Shown: positions 14,601-27,492 of the stretch, in pieces
Numbering within the stretch: position 1 is the stretch's first letter
Layout: every line of letters starts with the position of its first letter
Assembly: GCA_964276515.1 (NCBI GenBank)
Contig: OZ193909.1
Span: 1,054,001-1,118,000 of the forward strand
From: Gordius albopunctatus
Lineage: Eukaryota
Direction: 5' to 3'
Length of the DNA: 64,000 nt
Notes under the pieces: model-generated
The model's database searches: none
What the model was told of the DNA's origin: nothing
Seen by the model: the letters and a program-made list of their open reading frames with translations, nothing else
Program-made: the position numbers and the translations under genes

Positions 14601-17600
14601 AAAAAAAGCGGCTTTGCAGGCCTCTAGGTGTACATTATTAATTGCTATGCAATTCATGGGCTCACTTTTGTCCATCCGTCCGGTCCAACTTGTAATTTTT
14701 TAGTGATTGCTGAAGAAACTTATAGGGGCTTTTATTGGTTATGGACTTATGATGCTTCTGCAAAAAATTTTTATTTTGTTTTCGCATATATACTAGCTAA
14801 TCACCGCTGGTTGGCTTTAATTTTTTAAGATCGTCTTTATTAACTCACATAATATTTTTGCAAATAATGGTTATAAAAGTTATGTAAGTTACAGAGTAAA
14901 TAGTTATTCCTACCCATGAATAAAAGTTTTTTTTGATCAGGCATCAAAAATTATCAACTTTAAATCACGATCGCATGGAGCTTGTTCAACAAAAACTATA
15001 AACACGCTGGGGTTCGGGTTGAAAAATTTAAAACGCTCGATTAAAGTGTTAAGATTTTTGTATTTTGTATCAGGTAAACGTTTTCATGACGCACATTCCC
15101 AACTACGTAGACGATCAATTAGCCATATACGCGATGCGACATTCGATCGATTTTGTCACAAAATATACGAATTTAAAGTTGAAATCAGCTGCTCCCGTTC
15201 AATTGGCTTCCATCTTTTTCAATTATTACCCACAAGATAAACAAGTTCTTTGGCAGGTAAACATTTATTGATAAATAAATTGGCTGAATTTAATATTTTA
15301 AAAATAATCTTTCATTTTCCCAAAACTTTATTATATTAGAATCCGTGTATCAACCGACATCATTTCGCTTTGTGGCAGCGCAAGTATGATTGCTACAGAA
15401 TACCCAAAATACTCATTGTCGGTCCTCAGAAAACTGGTATTACATCGATTTATAATGTTGCTATCGAAAGTTTTTATTTCTCCCAAAATTGTAAAGCAAT
15501 TCTTGTTATTGGGCCATTCCATGACAAATCAAAACGTTTTCGACCGAGCATCTCAGATAGGGCTAATTTTTTGTGAGGATTTAGACCTCATATGAAATAA
15601 CATTTTCTGAAAATTTGAGCCATTTTGGGCTAATACTTTTTGAGTTATGGACGCTCAAATGGCCAAAATCACGCTTGGGCGTGTTTTACAAATTTCACTA
15701 TTTTCGACATATCTTCAAAAGTATTGCCGCTAGCTTCGTAAATTTTGCTGTATTTTAATCCTAATAAAATTCTCTATCAGAAAAATGTAACATAAAACCG
15801 CAAACTTTTGTGGTTAGTGTTTTGTGGTCAAATTTGTGGAAAACTAAAAAAACCACCTTCTCTGTTATATATTATCACCAAATTTGCTATGGGGACTCCT
15901 TTATGCTTAGTTATCAAATTTCAAAAGTTTGGGCACGGCTATGAGTTGGTTGATAAATAGAAAATTCACAAATAAATTAAAAATATTTCTAGATGGCGGT
16001 ATAATCAAATATTAAGGAATATAAATTTTAACCATGGCACAAAGCAATTGATCGGATTGTAATTTATACCTAAATAATAAAGGTTTAAGGTATCTCTTAC
16101 TTCAAACATAGATGAATTCATTCATTAATGAATGGCAACTGCCATGCTTTTTATTGCCTATGAAATAGCATATGGCAAGTCATCCAGCTTACTATAATTT
16201 AATAATTAATTACCACATGTGCAACAGCGTTATTCATTTAAAAACAAGATCCGTTTCATAAATTTTAAACGTTTTAGCGGAAAACTATAGTTTTGTAGTG
16301 CAAGACGCGGCTCAGGCATATCATTGGACCAATGTCCAGGCCACCATACATCCCTTCGTTGCTTACTATAAAACGGACAATGAATTAAAATGTGTAACCT
16401 TCATTATGATATCCGAATGTCAGCATCATAACACGACCAGCTATAGTGCTTTTCAAAATCGTTTCATAAAATTTTTATTAAAAGAGCTCGATTTTCAACC
16501 AAAAATTTTTTACTATTTTTCCGATGGATCGGCCGCTCAATATAAAAATAGAAAGAATACAATTAATTTATGTCATCACATTGATGATTATGGGATCAAG
16601 GCAGAATGGCATTTTTTTGCAACTTCTCATGGAAAAAGTCCTTGCGATGGTGCTGCCGGTACTTTAAAACGTTTGGCTTATAAGGCTAGTTTGCAAAGAC
16701 CATTCGAAAATCAAATAACACAGCCTTTCGAATTGTTTGAATGGGCGAAAAGTAGTTTTGCTAATATAAGTTTTGGTTATATGACGAATGAGGAGTTTAA
16801 ACAAGAGGAATTGAAACTTACCTCTCGATTCAATCGAGCAAAACCTATTTCTGGGATGCAAAAGCTACATGCTTCAATACCTATTGACAGAAAGATAATT
16901 AAAACAAAGACGTATTCTAATTCAAGTGAATATTTTGAGGAAGAAATTCAAATAGCGAATGAAATTGATTTTGAAAATCTAAATGGTTACGTGGCATGTA
17001 GATACCAGAATAAATGGTGGTTAGCCTTAATTGTAGACAAGGATCTAATAAACGAATATATTGTCGCTCATCTTTTACATCCTAATGGTCCGGCAAAATC
17101 TTTTTTTCCCGTCTAAATTAAATAAAGTTAACCTCAAAAAATCAGATGTAATACTCAAAGTGTCTCCATACACAATCACCGGATGCAGTTATACGCTTAA
17201 CACGGAAGAAATGAATTTGGTTACAGCACAACACAAAATAATTTAGTGAAAATCGAAATTAATTTAATTATTGCGCATTATCATTATTTAAATAAAATCT
17301 ATATAATAAAAGAATATTTATTGATTCATTATTGCGTCATCTTATATTTAGTCAAAGGAAACTCTTTTTCATATCTCTAAACGTTAAACAATATTTGAAG
17401 AGATACTTTTAACCTTTATTATTTAAGGTATAAATTACAATCCGATCAATTGCTTTGTGCTAAGTAGGTGTTTTAAAAATTTTCCTTTAATTATATCCCA
17501 AAATGATTTATTTATCAAACAATTCTTTATATGGCCCTTTAGTAATAAAATATGGTTAAAATTTATATTCCTTAATATTTGATTATACCGCCATCTAGAA

Positions 17601-19774
17601 ATATTTTTAATTTATTTGTGAATTTTCTATTTATCAACCAACTCATAGCCGTGCCCAAACTTTTGAAATTTGATAACTAAGCATAAAGGAGTCCCCATAG
17701 CAAATTTGGTGATAATATATAACAGAGAAGGTGGTTTTTTTAGTTTTCCACTAATTTGACCACAAAACACTAACCACAAAAGTTTGCGGTTTTATGTTAC
17801 ATTTTTCTGATAGAGAATTTTATTAGGATTAAAATACAGCAAAATTTACGAAGCTAGCGGCAATACTTTTGAAGATATGTCGAAAATAGTGAAATTTGTA
17901 AAACACGCCCAAGCCTGATTTTGGCCATTTGAGCTTCCATAACTCAAAATGTATTAGCCCAAAATGGCTCAAATTTTCAGAAAATGTTATTTAATATGAG
18001 GTCTAAATCCTCACAAAAAATTAGCCCTATCTGAGATGGTCGGTCGAAAATCGTCTTTTTTTTTGACGAATCGACATGGAATGATTTTACATTAATGATG
18101 TCATCTTTTATACAGGGACGACCGCTTTACTGACCTTCCTCTTACTCCACCCTCACCTTAGAACCAATATTCCGACCCCTGCCTTCGAAGAAGTCCAATT
18201 TTTCAGCAATGATCAGATCTACCAAAAAGGCTTCGATTGGTTTACTTTTATATTTTATAAAAACTATTTAGCTATTAAAGAGATTATACCAGAATCGTTG
18301 CTTTATATTATAAACCAAATATAAAAAAAATCTACAGGACAGACCGACAGGACATTTTTCCTCGTGATTTCTTTCCTTGTTTAATTTGCGGCAATTGATA
18401 CGATTTCAAACAAACTAGTATAGTATTAAAACTAAATTATACACTTGGTAATAGTTCGACTTTTAGGTGTCCCCTAAGTGTAAAAGCACCTGACCAACTG
18501 AGCAATTTTTAATTTGACATTTGAGTAATTTACAGGTATCTGGATATCTTCAAGTTGGAGACTTCGTTTCCATACATGAATATGCGAGCCGAAGACATAT
18601 CTTTCGTGGAAAAATCGGCCACTTATTTCGATAGCACATCCTCACCCGATCGAGCCTACGCCCTCATTCCCTACGCCAAAATCATAACCATTCTTCTAGA
18701 TCCCATCGATAGAGCTTACTCTTGGTACCAAGTAATAATCATACTCCATTCTTCCAATCAACCATAAAATCATTTTTTGGAAATTTTCATATTTAAAACT
18801 AAATTTGTTGAATTATTTCATATATATATGCATATATATTAATCATTGTAGCACGTTAAAAGTCACGGACATCAATTGGCTATGGCCTACACATTTCACG
18901 AAATCATAACATTTGGGCCTAACCTTAATAAGACAGATTATTCCGCCATTATAAAGTTGCGCCAACGCATCATGAGTCCCGGCTTTTATTCTCACCATCT
19001 AAAACGATGGTCCGTCTACTACCCAGCTAATCAGGTGAAATTTTAATTTAGTAATAGAAAATGTAATATCAAAATAAATTTATTTAGCCGTTAAATCATA
19101 TATATAGCTAAATTTTAGTTAAATTGTTCTTGAAACATGAACCAATTAAATTTAATTCTTTATACAATGTTAATATAATTTATTGTTAATTAGATTTACG
19201 TGGTTGATGGGAATGAATTTAGAATCGATCCGAGACCAATCATGAGTGAATTGCAAACTTTTTTGAATCTCTCAAACCTAGTCGACTATCAAACCGCGTT
19301 GAAGTAATTAATTATTCACTACCAAACGATTTTTAAAAACTCGGCCACTATTTTTATAATTTAATTTTTTTAATGCCAAATAACTTTATGGACCTTTTTT
19401 ATAACTAAGATACGACCAAAAGAAAAAATTTTATTGTCCTCTGGTGAATCCAGGAGTTTCGAACGAACAAACTAATTGCTTGGGGCAAGGGAAAGGCAGA
19501 AATTACGAACCCATGGAAAATAGGACCTGGATACATTTAAGAAATTATTTCAGGTTTAATTGCTAAATATTAGCCATAAAATGCAATATATTAAGACAGG
19601 AGGGGCACTGCACCCAAATTTATGTTTAAATTTTAATTAATTTTTTGCAAAAAATATATTTGAAATAGACCCTACGATGCTAAGTTGTACGAATGGTTAA
19701 GGCTCAATAACAAAAAAGTTCCTCTGTGGTTACAAAATAGAATAAAAGAGTCAACCACAAATATTCCAAGCTAG
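8619..19774 (+). CDS. NDST: Bifunctional heparan sulfate N-deacetylase/N-sulfotransferase, 16 exons
   Basis: GT-AG exons in consistent phase: 8619-9065, 9469-9732, 10190-10376, 11054-11532, 12002-12128, 12586-12700, 13411-13593, 13953-14081, 15074-15256, 15340-15436, 18116-18239, 18536-18731, 18852-19034, 19194-19303, 19410-19553, 19669-19774. Motifs: N-terminal hydrophobic anchor, [49 protein letters not shown] (PAPS loop), [30 protein letters not shown]. Start ATG uncertain (8619 or a downstream Met). Confidence 0.93.
10785..10922. mobile_element. hAT-type MITE (CATGGGCGTAGCC family), intronic
   Basis: TIRs CATAGGCGTTGCC...GGCTACGCCCATG; 8-bp TSD ATGGGCCC/ATGGGTCC. Confidence 0.8.
12211..12381. 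mobile_element. MITE (TAGTGTTGTAAAA family), intronic
   Basis: TIRs TAGTGTTGTAAAA...TTTTAACAACACTA; related ends near 9123, 9782, 13752, 50948, 63313. No clear TSD. Confidence 0.6.
14123..14626. mobile_element. hAT-type MITE, intronic
   Basis: TIRs TGGAGGCCTGC...GCAGGCCTCTA, perfect 8-bp TSD GGTGTACA (14115-14122, 14627-14634), subterminal CCCG/CGGGT repeats. Confidence 0.88.
15511..18087 (+). mobile_element. Long-TIR DNA transposon, Sola(2)-like, internally deleted, in NDST intron 10
   Basis: About 590-bp near-identical inverted repeats (15511-~16105 vs ~17394-18087; right arm has a ~90-bp insert at 17461-17551), GGGCCATTCCATG terminus, internal transposase fragment. Superfamily assigned from remembered motifs. 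Confidence 0.75.
16277..17246 (+). pseudogene. Truncated DDD-type transposase
   Basis: [10 protein letters not shown]...[11 protein letters not shown]...[23 protein letters not shown]-terminus missing; frameshift in the T run at ~17101-17107 continues into ORF 17061-17246. Confidence 0.8.
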
Positions 19775-20871
19775 TATAGAAGTCCTACCACCTCAATGGT
19801 CTAGTTAGAGTACAACATACTGTGATAGTAGCAATTTGAGTTTAACGAAACCAGTGATACTTATAATAATTATGTATATATTGTCTACTTTTTTATAATA
19901 ATTATGAATATAAAAAAATCATACATTTCAATGTCATAAAAGATTGTAAATGGATTACTTTCAGACCTTTTCTTAGTTTAGATCTCTTTAATATAACTCT
20001 TAAGTTTCTAGTCTAATCATTAAAGCCTTTGATGAAACGTTTAAAAAATAGAAGAACAAACAATAAACTTCTAAGTAAAGGTATTTAGCAATAGACTTTA
20101 GACATCTAGGTCGCTCATTTACCTAATTATTTATATGAACGCATATCAAAAAATGATATAGTAGGTGACCATAAACTATGTTGATAATTTCAATAATGTT
20201 ATCAGGGTAGATTTTAATTCAAAGAATAAACCTATCACAGTCTGCCTTGTTGATTGTAGCTATTATTTTAAGCAACTCTTTCATAAAAGTAGCATGTTGC
20301 AATATGAGAATTACTGGAAAACAAGAAAAGTAATTAATGACAAAAATATATGGTTTAATAGCTGATTTAAGTCTTCCAACTTATATCTTTTAAGTGTTTT
20401 AGGGCTTTATACATTGTGGCTCAAAAACTGCTCCTTTGCATTTTTAGAAACAAAAATTAGAATTCAAATGATCTAACATTGATATAGAATTTTTTCTCTT
20501 TAGTTTTAAGGTTGATAGCATTAACTTGGATATAATATTAAAATTTGTTGATCTGTAACTCCTATATTTCAATATATGTTTAAGAAACTTTAAAATTAAT
20601 GATCTAAACTATGTTTAAAACTAATGAAGTTATGCATTGTATTTTGGTTTCTGAAAGTAAGAAATTGGTTTTCAAGATGAATAATATAAGTAAATGATCC
20701 AACTGATTGAATTTTAACAACGTTTACTTTTCTCTTGATTTCAATTAGACAATACTGTTGTAATATAATATTTCATTTTTGTAAACTAACTAGTGTTAGC
20801 TTAATAAACAGCAATTATTAAGACATTAACTAAATATAAACTATCAATCACACTTGTCAAATTTATAAATA

Positions 20872-22113
20872 TTATTGCATTATATTAATGGTATTGTTTT
20901 GTCCTTGCATTCCTAAAGGCATGAGAGTAATTTCCAAATTTTTGAGCAATTGATTAAGCCATAGGCGGATAGATGCATCTTCTTGAATGCATTTATTGAA
21001 GGTAGAATCTTTTAAAGGATCTGGAAGACATTGACGCAAGGCTTCTCTCGCTCTACACAAATATAAAAAATAAAAATTTCAAAAATTCTTTAAGATATAG
21101 ATGTTGTGAGGTATTGAAAATATTACCTTGGATTATCTGATAATCTTAAATAGCATCGAACAACGTGCTTGAGCAACCTTGTAGCTGGTTCTTTAGCCAA
21201 ACATAAAACCATTTTTCCCTAAAAATTATAATTAAAAAATTAGTCAGTTAACTAATTTTCATGCATAAAATATTGTTAAATTTATTTACCAATATCATGG
21301 CAACATGTGAAAATCGTTCATATGTTTGACATATATACGAAAGTCCAGTTTCATCTAATAAGATCTTTTCGAGAATAAATGTAGCCACCTAACAAGAAAT
21401 ATATATAACTAATAAAAATTTATAGGTTAAAAATTTTAAAAAGCAACTATTAACTGTTTTTGAAAGTTCTGTTCCATTTTCCATAATCCTTAAACACAAT
21501 GGTATGATTTCTGTGGATAGCAAAAAGCTAATAACTTCTTGATCATCAGTCTTTAATATTTATAATGTAGAAATATAAAAAAATTTACTTTAACTAAAGC
21601 ACCTATGACACCTAAACTTGTCAGTCTTAGGCATTCAAATGGTCTAGCTTGACTATTTGTATTAAGAAAACTGTAGAGATATAATGGGATGTTGGCTACA
21701 AAAAGAATATATTTTGTGAACATGACTCATGTACAAATTGTTTAAATGAAAAAACATTACCTTGTAGAAATGGAGCTCTAGTTTCGGGATGTGAAGCTAT
21801 ACATTGCATTAATGCAAGCGCATTGCAAACCCTATTTGATTGCTGTGCCTAAACCTTTATTCTTTCAATTATTACAGTAATTACTGTTAAATTTGCGGGA
21901 GCCAAGGAGGGATACAAACTAACAACTTCTTGCAAAAGGGCAGCAACAGTTCCAAAAGAATGCCACAACATTGGAGCTAAATCAGGTAATGATTCGCGAC
22001 GTTTACTAATTCATAAGGTTAATTCTTTAATAAAATTACCTAAGTTCCAATAAGGCTGTTTCTCGTATGTCAGGATTACAAAGATCATTAATCCATTGAT
22101 ATACTTTTTCCAT
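20872..22113 (-). CDS. CNOT9: CCR4-NOT subunit 9 (RCD1/CAF40), 8 exons
   Basis: Exons 22113-22040, 22005-21885, 21848-21761, 21695-21589, 21550-21455, 21388-21290, 21218-21127, 21052-20872 splice to [11 protein letters not shown]...[13 protein letters not shown]...[14 protein letters not shown]...[14 protein letters not shown]...[19 protein letters not shown]...[12 protein letters not shown]. Confidence 0.96.
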
Positions 22114-22340
22114 GATTAGTGAAATGCTCAGCTGATTAACGCATTTTGTGATAATAATGTTCATTCGATTTAGAAACATTATAAAAGCGAAGTATAAAAT
22201 TGGGAAGAAATATATAAATATAAAAGACACTACAAATAAAAATAAACAAATCATAATTCAAAAGCATCGCAAGTATCATCTGTTAGAAGCAGCCAGTTGT
22301 CAACAAGAGATTTAAAATTAAACTTTGCGAATAAAATACC

Positions 22341-22390
22341 CATGGGCGTTGCCGGCCCCCCCCCTAATCCAAAACCTGGCTACGCCCATG
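22341..22390. mobile_element. 50-bp minimal hAT-type MITE
   Basis: CATGGGCGTTGCC...GGCTACGCCCATG flanked by perfect 8-bp TSD AAAATACC. Confidence 0.85.
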
Positions 22391-22453
22391 AAAATACCTA
22401 TTATTAGCTTAAGTAAAAAGTTAGTGTAATATTTAGAAACCAGGCCACACCGG

Positions 22454-23242
22454 TTGATTTCTTTAAAAGGACAAATGACGGATAAGTATGGTGAAAAGAG
22501 GAAAGACCTACATATGGTTTTTATCGACTTGGAGAAAGCTTATGACACGGTCCCTCGCGACTTAATATGGTGGTGCCTGAAGAAACAAAATATCCCTGAC
22601 GCATATATACGGCTTATGAAAAATATTTATGAAGCTTCAAACTCTTGCGTTAGGACGACAGTTGGAGACTCTAAACCTTTTCGGGTTAATATTGGATTAC
22701 TTCAAGGCTCTGCTTTAAGTCCCTTTTTATTTAATATATTTATAGACACAATAACGAGGGACGTTCAAAAGCCTTCGCCATGGTGTATTCTATATGCCGA
22801 TGATATAGTACTATGCGAGGAAACAAGAGAGAAAGTATTCGAAGAAGTCGAAAAATGGTCAAAGCGCTTAGCTGGATATGGTTTAAAGGTCAAAGATAGA
22901 AAAACGGTATACATGGAAATGAACGGTACAGGCACCCCATCGCTGGATGACCATCTAAAGTACCCAAAAGTAGATAGGTTCACATACCTCGGCTCGATGC
23001 TACATCAAGAGGGAGGTTGCACAACAGAAGTTAATGCCCGGATCCAAAAAGGATGGCTTAAATGGCGAAGTATATCCGGTGTTTTGTGTGACAAGAAAAT
23101 GCCAATATGGTTTAAGAGCAAAGCTTACAAATCCATCGTAAGACCGGTGTTACTCTATGGAAGTGAAACATGGGCATTAAACACCACGGAATTAAAGCTA
23201 TTACAAGCCACAGAGATGAGAATGATACGGTGGCGATTATAA
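22454..23242 (+). mobile_element. RTE-clade LINE fragment (RT domain)
   Basis: FIDLEKAYD, GLLQGSALSP, LYADD, RPVLLYGSETW; a diverged relative of the 27493-30566 element, truncated at both ends. Confidence 0.9.
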
Positions 23243-23244
23243 CA

Positions 23245-23875
23245 TGACGGATTTATAAGAAGAGATGAAAGCAGCCAATGAGATTGAGGCAGCTGGGCGC
23301 ATTCCTAAGTGCATGCTTTAGTGGGTAATGAGGCTTGGAGCCTAAGGAATTGTTGTCTTTAACGTAGAGGATTGTTTCTAGAGAACTTCTCATAAAGCTA
23401 TCGTAGCTTTTTAAGATATCAGGAAGCAGAAAAGCCGATGAGTAACGAAAATAATGTTGGATTTTAGACATATTAAAATATTTGAATTGATGTAAAATGC
23501 ATGATGTTTGAGGAGGGTTTTGAGAACTTCCATCTTTCAAATTAAATTTGATAAATAATTATGAAGAAACTCTTTTTAAACGATTTGGCCGCCTAATGGA
23601 GAGCCCAGATGTGCAAAACTCTCCATTTCTACTTTTCAAAAGGGTTTAAAAATGGGATGAAAATCGGTATCCAAGCACTGGAATATCTCGCATTTAGAAA
23701 TATTTAAATTTGAAGCGGCTTCGTAATCACGGATCAAATGTATGGCCTTGGAAATTTTTTTGGGAGAGCCGCATAAGGTGGCATCATGAAGGTACCAGAC
23801 GTTTAATGTTAATGCGCATTGGGTAAAGAGCGATTCGATTAAATTTTTAATCCCTAGGCAAAACAAAGGTGGACC
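23245..23875 (-). mobile_element. CRE-like non-LTR retrotransposon relic, piece 3 (late RT)
   Basis: LGPPLFCLGI...VWYLHDATL...LNISKCE...HLGSPL...LGMRPAASISLAAF; continues from piece 2 across the hAT insertion. Confidence 0.7.
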
Positions 23876-26813
23876 TAGAGTCTTGCACGGGGCGCCCAAA
23901 ACCTGACCCGGCCCGATCTAGTTTCAAGCCGAGCTTGGGCAGAAATTAATAAAGTAATAGGGCCTCGGGGTCGGGCCTATATTCGCACAGCGTCCATAAT
24001 ATAGCTTCCAAACTTCAGGTTGTTTTCCGTCTATACTATAACTGACCTGAATTGCAAATCCTATTCTAGTATTTAAATAGATTCATGGTAGCTGTTAGAA
24101 CTTGAAATGAGATAGGTAAATATTTCTACAAAAAATTTTATCAGGCAAAAGATCACGATGAAAATCGTTAATCCAACTGATCCGAGATCGAGACGAGAAT
24201 TTTTATGTCGAGACGAGATTTTTTTGGCGAGATCTCGGCTTTTTATTGATCATTAGATCTTAGTAAATTAATGTGTATTTTAATTTTAATTATTAACATT
24301 TAAGTTATTAAATCTAAATCAATATCATAGGAATATATTTGATACACCTAAGTGTAGTAAATGTGATATATTTTTGCAAAAATTTTAAAATTTGGCATTT
24401 ACCGTTCATTTACCTAAGTATGGATAACCCTTAGGGTAAATTTAATAATATATTTTTCACATATTTGCATGCTTAGTATTATTAAATGTTAGAAAAATTT
24501 AAACTTAGAATGAGTTCTGATGGAGTAAAATATTATTAAAGCATATTTAAATTTCGCAGTTTCTCATTTTGCATGATGCTCTAATTGTAAATGGGTGGCC
24601 AATCAGTTTGAATATTACACGAGGTTAAACTAAGGTGGCTGGAGATTTTTTGAGCACCCTAGCGTTATTTGTTGTGCCTAATGATTTCAAAAGTACAATC
24701 GAGTATTCGATGAAACGGTAATTTATTAAATTATGAGTTTTTTAGATTGCTTCAACTAATAGTATACCTCTCAAATTTTTGAACTTTAAAAAGACAGTAT
24801 GTGAATAGATTATTTTGTCATATTCCTTACTTTTTATATTATAAAATGTGGATGGCAGGTGCATTCAAAATTACTATAATTTTTACAATTGTGCAATACA
24901 AAATAAATATACACGAACTTATACTGTACTAGATAAATAACTATTTTATGGCAGAGTTAGTTAGAATTGAAAGCTAATTATTTAGAATACTAATTTAATT
25001 ATAATGAATGTCATAAAATATAATAAGTGCACTTTAATTCAAAGTTTTCCTATTATAATGCTTCTTTTATTGTTGTTTTTACAACATTTTTGTGCAATTA
25101 ATTATCAATTCTGTAAATAATAACATTATCATTGGTTTATAAAGCTATGGTAAACATACAATAAACTCTATGTGTAATGGATGATGGTAAGGTCATATAA
25201 ATGGACGAAACGTTGGCCTTAAATATGTTAGGGTCAACTTTGAGTCTTTAGCCAGCATTAATAAGATCTCAATTTTTCTAAATATATAACTAAGCTAAAT
25301 ATAGGTAAACTTATAAATTTATAAGTCTATATTTGAAAGACACAGTGAATTTGATACAATGTTAGAATTTGCTAGAACAATAAAATGTAATAAGTTATTG
25401 TAATAACTATTAATATTTTTAAAGTTATAATCAATGTTAATTAGTTATTATTAAACCCAAAAGATAATGATTATTAAGGATTTAAGTCTTACCTTATAGT
25501 TTAGGATTATAATCATCCTTAGAACCCCAATTTATTATTTCATTTAATTCGGAATATTTATTTCATCTAACTCTCACAAGAAGATTATATGTGCGGTCCC
25601 AATATTTCCGCGAGAGATGAGAAAATAATTGATATTAATTCTAACAATGAAATATATATACGGATTGATATCTCTCATGTGATGTATTACTACGCGTTTT
25701 CTAATAAATACGAGCTACATAATGATGGGAATACTCGTATTAGAATCTCACTATAATATATCGCGTAGAGATCAATAGGGGGAGAGGGACTACGCGTATA
25801 CCTTAAGATGCATATACTTTAATAAATAAGAGAGAGATGATGAGGGGGGTTTTGTGTGTGTGAGTTCACAGAATCAATCCCTCGTACTAGGCGTAATAAA
25901 TCGATGAGATCAATCGTGTAGTACACAACTACAACAGTTATTTATTCTAACAATCAGTTAGTATATTTATTACAAAGAAGTTTCAGGTTTAAAACACTCA
26001 CAAGAGTACTGGGTTAAACTTATATCTAAAAAGTGTCATTAAACACCACCTTTAAGTTCTAAATTTAATGCAAAATTTTACTATGCTCCTTTCGTTCTTT
26101 ACTTCAATGTCATTTATAGTTTTTTTAATTTGCACTTTCCATATAAAATATTATCTTTAACAATTAATTCATATCTTATTATTGTCATTGAGATGTCGTG
26201 TAGTGCTAAATCTTTAAAAAGTTTGCGTTGTAATGCTTTTAAAAAATATAAAGGCTTGCCATTTGCATTTTCCTCAAACACCTACTTAATATTTTTAGTA
26301 AAACAAAAGAAATTTTTATTCCGTATACATTTTTTTAAAGTCGAGACGAGATCGAGATTTTCATAATTGCTCCTGAGACGAGACGAGATTTTGCTTTCGA
26401 GACCGAGACGAGATCGAAACACTACACGGATCGATGCCGTCCGTTTAGTTATAGCGCATTTTTATATTTTTTTAGTGGTGAATGTAATTTTTTGCATACC
26501 ATTTAATAAAGACTTCTTCAAAATTAAAAAAAACTAAAATTATAGATTATAAAGTTAGATTTTTATTTTAAATTATTAGTTGAATAAATTGTAACGAGTG
26601 AAAATTGATTTTTAAAAAACTCATCCTAATTGTAAATTGAGAAGAATAACAATCTAATGAATTTTTTATTAAGATTATGAAATAATTTTCCAAAATATAA
26701 TTTTTTAAATTTTATTTTAAAAGTCAGGTCGAGCTCGGGTCAGGCCAAAAATAAAAATGTGCTTTGGGCTCGGACCGGGCTCATGCCGAAAAATTTCATT
26801 TTTCAAGGCTCTA
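23876..26813. mobile_element. hAT-type element with further nested repeats
   Basis: TIRs TAGAGTCTTGCA / TTCAAGGCTCTA; 8-bp TSD GGTGGACC/GGCGGACC; CCCG subterminal repeats. An inner element has CGAGACGAG repeats (~24180-26423) and a possible decayed hAT dimerisation-domain segment near 24590-24700. Confidence 0.75.
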
Positions 26814-27275
26814 GGCGGACCTAGTAGGTCACCCTGTTAAATACTTTCAGCAGATTTAATTAGCAAGTCCCCAAACTTTAGTTTTGGTTTATAACCATAA
26901 CTTAAAATAATGTAATTTGAGAAGTGTGGGTACTCGTCAAGGAAGGAGTTTATTACCATTTTTCGGCGAATAGTATCGAAGGCATTGGCAAAGTACAATC
27001 TATGCAGTGATTGGAGGGAATTTGTTGTAGGCTTATTCGGACAAGCAGCCTCAGAGCCGCTTTTAACCCCAAATATTAATTGGTGGGGAATTGATTTATT
27101 GCTTAAACTAATCTTTCAAATGAGTTTTGATATAATACGTCGGGAAACACTGTCAATATCAATAGGTCTTACTGGATTATCAAGTTTTTTGATAGCAATG
27201 TAGCGCCGAACAATATAAGGATAATCGTTGAGGATGGTTGACAATTAAGTTGCATAGGGAGCAGAGGTCAGATTT
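26814..27275 (-). mobile_element. CRE-like relic, piece 2 (mid RT)
   Basis: Decayed translation DNPVRPIDI...HQLIFGVKSGSEAA...FANAFDTIRR...QGDLLGP joining piece 3 at the TSD. Confidence 0.7.
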
Positions 27276-27492
27276 GTTTGGAATTTTGTGCCCGAACCCG
27301 GCCCGATTTAATTTCTTGAACTCATTGCCCGCCCGAGAGCGCCCGAACCTTCTAAGTGTCCCCCCCCCAAGCCCGCCCGAAACATTAGAACTGCCCGAAA
27401 TATTAAATTTGCTTGTTACGCCCGAAATTTTGCGATCTCAAATTCTTTCAACCACTATTAAAAAATAAGCATTTAATTATTGGCATATTGAA

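Noticed and set aside
25560..25950. Possible solo LTR inside the hAT element
   Set aside because: Distinct composition, but no convincing TG...CA ends with a TSD could be fixed.
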